A stretch of DNA of 64,000 bases from Podarcis gaigeae. Lineage: Eukaryota. The stretch lies in the NCBI GenBank assembly GCA_964106915.2, contig OZ066930.1; one strand, given 5' to 3'. Below the pieces are notes generated by a model, which searched no databases, had not been told where the DNA came from, and saw only the letters and a program-made list of their open reading frames with translations. Position numbers and translations under genes: made by a program. Shown piece after piece: positions 58,717 to 64,000 of the stretch. Numbering within the stretch: the first letter of the stretch is position 1; the number at the start of each line of letters is the position of its first letter.

Positions 58717-61097
58717 TGGAGGTAATCAATACAGCCATGACCCTGACCAATTCCAGCCTGAAGACACAAGAAGCCCATGATTCAATATTGCATCAGGAAC
58801 TCTGTGTCACCTAGGCAATTCATGAAAAGAAAAAACACATCACATGCCTGCCTTCTGATAATCAGAAAACCATATATACTTGTGATACTGTCATGTACTT
58901 AAGTAACCACAAGATGGCATACAAATTATTGCAAAAATAAATATTTTTAAAAATGTGATTTGATGAGGAAATTTAAGTAAGTCAACAGCAAGTATTGTAT
59001 ATCAAAAGGAGCACAGCTATGGAGGTCATCATTACCAAAACCACCACCAGAGGTCACTGTGCTACTTGTGTGCCCCTAAAAAGGAATGAAAGGTGATGGT
59101 ATTTTTAAATAAAATTATTTCTAGGGTGGTGGATGAAGAAACACAAACACCCATTTACTCCTCTTTTGACAACAAGCTTTATCGATGCTCCTGGAATGAG
59201 AGGAATTTGTGAGTATTAAATTAGCATTCAGATGGAAGTATTTTCTCATCTGCCTGAAAATTTTTTGCAGCTCCTATTCATCTGCTGGTCTGAATATATT
59301 TAAATCCACTTTTAACAGCAAATGCTGTACTTTAATAGCCTGGATTTTCAGCTTCCATTAAAGAGGTTAAGAGGCCCTGCTAGAGGGCAACACAGAAGTG
59401 CCATCAGTGGGCTGAGGAAATAAGGGGTGGAAGACTTAAGTCTTATTAATGCAAACATTGTTGAATATCTACAAAAATAGGCAGACATATCAAATATCAT
59501 ATTGTTTTCCATGCAAAATTTGACGCACCCTTTACTGGGTGACTCTGCAGATTAGGTGTAAGGCAGCAGCGTTTAGATTAGATGATTCATTAAACCCAAC
59601 AAGTTACATAAACAGTACTTGGGGGCTTAAATATATAGTTAACAAGGGGGGAAAGACTATAAATACAATAAATACAAATGCAAAAAAGCAAGTTTTGCCC
59701 CTGTAAGGACACAACTGGCCGAGTTTTATTGCCGGGTAATACAGGGATTTTCTTTCCATTTGACTGTAGCTGCAGTAGATAAACTGAAATAACTAAACGA
59801 AAGCTGAGACAGAAGCATAAGCCTTTAATGTTTTGTATCTTCAGCATTAAGCCTGTCACACAGAATTAAGATTTTTGTCATTCTGCCATCTTGGGAGATT
59901 TGTGTGTATGTGTGTGCATACACAAAATAAAATGATTACCAAACCTCTGACAAAACACACATCATTGCACATTAACAGAGTTCTCCCTAATGGCTCCAAA
60001 CCTCCACCTCCAGCATCCCCTCCCTAGCCCCCCCCCCCCACTGCATATGGACACTATTGATATAAATTTGTGTGCATAGACATTTCAAGACAATGCTTCT
60101 CCTTATATGACACAGAAATTCTGAGGTATTAGGTAAGGTATACAGCGGTATTAGGCAAGGACAATTCCTCTCTCGCTTATTACATCCTCTGACTCATCAA
60201 GCTAGGAAATGGTTTCTGGATAGATCCATTTGCTTGATATTAGGGTCCCATCCAAACAGTGAAATACTCTTAAGAAGCAATGATCTGTCCAACTTGGGAG
60301 TCCCTTGATCTATTGGCAGTTTTAAATAAGCAATGTGATATGCACAATGAACGTAGCCTTGTGCGCTTGGTACACTGCCAGTCTGTATTTCTATAGCCAG
60401 TCATCGAATTTCACTGCTTTGCACTATCTTTTTAAACAGGTGACCAAGGGGACAACACATACAATGGTGCTTCTGCAGGCTGCATCCTTGACATGCAAGC
60501 GGACTGTGCTGCCTTCCTAGACATGCTGACATGTAGGAAGCCACCATGTGAATACTGATGCCACAAGCAGATTCTGCGCTTGACTTCTTGGGAGGTGAGG
60601 CAGGAAGCATATAACTGAGCTGCAAAATAAGTAGATGCCAGATACAATGGTTCAGTTCTGGATATCACTAGGTGTACAGATCCTGCACAGCAGGGTTACA
60701 GAAGAGCTCTCTTCTGGAGGGACCGCTGCCAGCATAAGTAGACACCAGTAAGCAAGATGGAGCAACAGTGTGTGTTGGACCAGTACAACCAGTATGGGGG
60801 TTGTGGCTTTAAGTGCTTGTTGGACTAGGGTCTGGGGGGAAAAAGATTTAACACTGTTTGGCTATAAACCTCATCTTGGGCCAGTCATTGTCTCTCAGAC
60901 TAACGTATCTCACAGTAAGGATAAGTGATTAAGTTTCCTTAATAATGGTTTGGTGCAATGCCTGATAAGAACCATTGTGACTTGAACCATAGTCTGGTCC
61001 CAGCTTATTCACTGGCACAATGCAGCATCAAGCAGCCATAGGCTTGATTCGCACAACACGCCAAATTTTAGGTCTGTTACATTTTCTATTTGCAAAT

Positions 61098-61135
<38 letters not shown>

Positions 61136-61617
61136 TGTTTTATTCTGTCTGGAGATGCTCCATGAAGAGCATTATATACATAACTCTCCTTGGAAAGCTC
61201 ATGAAAAAGCATTTAATTCTGCGGATGCAGAAAGGTGATCTATGTTAACATTTGCATGCAGTGAGTGGTATGATGGAAGACAACACAGGATGGCTTAAAA
61301 AGACATAGCTCCCAAGTACTGTACTGGTTAAAAAAAGAAGACCTGCATTTCTAGCTCAAACAAAAAAATCTATGTTAAGGAAGACTGGCTATTTTTGTGT
61401 AATATTTTGACACCACAAGCTAATGAAGACCAATCACCACTACCATCACACCCACAAAGGAAAAACTCATTTGCAATGCAAACATGGTGATGGCAAGGAT
61501 GAGGTAAGGTGCTGCTCTCACACACCTGTCTCAAAGGGTAACAATGAGAGGACAGCTAAAAAAAAACCAGATGCAAATGCAATTTACAGCAGGGAAAAAA
61601 TGTGCTTGGGGAGTGTT

Positions 61618-61620
<3 letters not shown>

Positions 61621-61676
<56 letters not shown>
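61621..61676. repeat. Compound (CA)n(GA)n microsatellite
   Basis: Read directly from the sequence. Confidence 0.95.
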
Positions 61677-62880
61677 CTGCAAAGGCTTTTATAGAGGTTC
61701 ATAATATTCATGGATGGCTAAGAGTCAAGAATATTTATTTCACGGCAGAAGCAAGGTTTGAACTAGGAACCCCAGGCTCTCATGTCTTCTCCAGCAAAAC
61801 TCCTTCAACAATATTCTGATAAAAATCAATATAATACCCCTCTGAGGTTGTTTTGTTTGCAAAGGTAACCAAATATGTCTATTCTCTGCCAAATTTTATT
61901 TTCTCATTTCACATTCAGCAGCCTTCATGCAAAATAACTTATCGCTCTCATGTAGAGTGGCCAGATACAGACCATAGAATTGCATATACTTAGGGAAGGT
62001 AGGTTTACATTTATGCATGTGAATTTTAAGAAAAACAGCTCCAAAAGTTTCTGGTATTCCTTGCTGCACACAAACTGCCTTTACCATCAAATCTGTGTCA
62101 GGCCTAAACACAAATCCATATAAAAGACTTACTTTATCCAGTGACATTAAAATGCCTAGTTTCCCCTCTCCCCAAAGAAAGGTGAACAGAACAGGTTTGA
62201 GATCCTACGGTGGCTGATCTTACTGTGTTTAGAAAGCCAAGCGGATATGGTGTGGAGAGCATAGCATTTTTAAGACATTAATGTACCAAGGTCCTAACAA
62301 AGCTTTTCTGCCACCTAAGTCTGTATGCGGAGAAAATCGGATTTAATGCATAAACATAAACCCCTGGAGTAAAATTCTGAGCAGGGATGACCAGAGGTTT
62401 AACTTCTTAGGAATGAGAGCCGGCAGGTTCGGCTAGCATATAATACCTTAACAATCTTTTCCAGCTAAGATAGACATTCTTCCAAGAGTAGATAATACAG
62501 TAAATAATTCCTGCTCCCATTGTAGAGAAAACAGTGCTTCAGGATTTGTATAATAGGCAGCTTTCATGACCCCTCCAGCAATCAATGGGAACAACAAATG
62601 TTTTTCCCTTTATCTCTCTGTAAACATCCCCACTGAAACTGTTTTTCACCCCCCCCCCCAAAAAAAAGTAAAATAGGATTTTGGCACCATTTATGCACAG
62701 AGGAATGAAATATACATTTCAGAGGCACACACATACAGCTTCTGCAGTACTTGGTCATTCCTTTTAAATGTTTCATTCCTGCGAGGTGGCCAATTTTTAC
62801 TTTTTACTTAAAATCCTTTTCTCCCTCCCCCCCCCAAATCCTACCAAGGTTTCTGCTTTTCTTGCAGCCACAAAAACCAA

Positions 62881-63062
62881 AGGAACATAGAAAGCTGCTT
62901 TATACAGAATAGGACCATTGGCCCATCTAGCTTAATATTGTCAACACAGACTGGCAGCAGATCCATTGGATTTCAGGCAGAAGCATCTCCCAACCCTACC
63001 TGAAGATGCAGGGGATGGGACCTGCATGCAGAACATATGCTCTGCTTCTGAGCTATGGCCCT
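62881..63062 (-). mobile_element. tRNA-derived SINE
   Basis: Reverse complement of the family: aggaacatagaaagctgc tail to ctgagctatggccc head. Confidence 0.8.
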
Positions 63063-64000
63063 GTTTGCTCAGTGATGGGGAAAAGCTCATTTGACACTAC
63101 AAAATTTGCACTTTTAAAAGAGCTGCTTTTAAATGTCTAATAGTTCCAAATGCAAACGCAGGAGATGAAACCATGGCTTTCCTTGCAAGCCTGGAATGCA
63201 TATTTTATTACTTTATTTTATCATTTGCGAAAACATTTGTTGACCTTCTTTCATATAAAATAAAAGGCAGCTGACAGAATAAAGTCAGTGCAAAAAACAA
63301 TTAAATACACACAAATACTACAGATATCCAGAATTTCTAATAAAACCAGCATTATTTATGTATTAATATGCTAATGTGATTCACCTAGCTTTGGAATGCT
63401 TTTGAGATCCCACTGACACCATGTTATACTGGAAAGGTCCCTGGAGATCATTTTTAACTTGTTAATCTGGTGTGAGCTGATTTTTTTCCCCCTATGCTGA
63501 AACCCCCACCTTGGGACAAGGAAAGTAAAAACAACTGCACATGGTGTGGTAATTAATTACTATCTTGTTTTACTTAAAGTTCTTACTCTCAACTTTTATG
63601 TTTCAGTTAATACTAATCTTTTACAAATTCAAGCCTCTTTCACCTTTGTGCTTTATGTTACCGACCTGTGTGGATGAGTAAACATGAAACGTATGAGTAC
63701 AATGCCACATCTGCCAAAGAAATTGCCCAAGAGATCTGCAACTTAGATATAGAAACTGCAACGTGTGTACGCCCGCATGGAAAAGGGTAAGAGACAAAAG
63801 GCAGAAAAATGAAAAAGCGTTTCACGAGCATGGAATATTAAAACATCCACTGCCTCATTTCACACATCCAGTGCCTCTCATGTATGTCAGTTCCTTCAGT
63901 TTATCTTAACAAGAATTTAATTCATTAGTTTAGGACTCCACACTATCAGCCCTCAGGTTATCATCTTCCCTTTGAGAAGGTGAAGCACACCTTTGTGAAT

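Overview
Vertebrate non-coding DNA, almost certainly from a squamate reptile and probably a lacertid lizard (inferred from Sauria/Squam SINEs together with BovB, CR1, L2, Rex1 and Penelope repeats). I recognise no host protein-coding exon. The window reads as an intron or intergenic region in which transposon debris alternates with repeat-free, TAAT-rich islands that may be conserved regulatory elements. The only intact long ORF is the 5'-partial reverse transcriptase of a BovB LINE (1-1191). The most interesting signals are two predicted self-cleaving RNAs in retroelements. (1) An internally deleted mini-BovB (15057-15924, minus strand, TSD-flanked) begins exactly at a sequence that folds as an HDV-like nested double pseudoknot. 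(2) Short Penelope-like elements carry a minimal hammerhead core, intact at 56877-56906 and mutated at 7650-7679. Other notable features are several clean nested insertions, a probable solo LTR with three CCAAT boxes, MITEs that spread ZNF143/THAP11-type ACTACAnnTCCCA motifs, a four-hairpin MITE and a cluster of CTCF-like motifs. Family names come from pattern recognition and recall, not database searches. All folds were worked out by hand.
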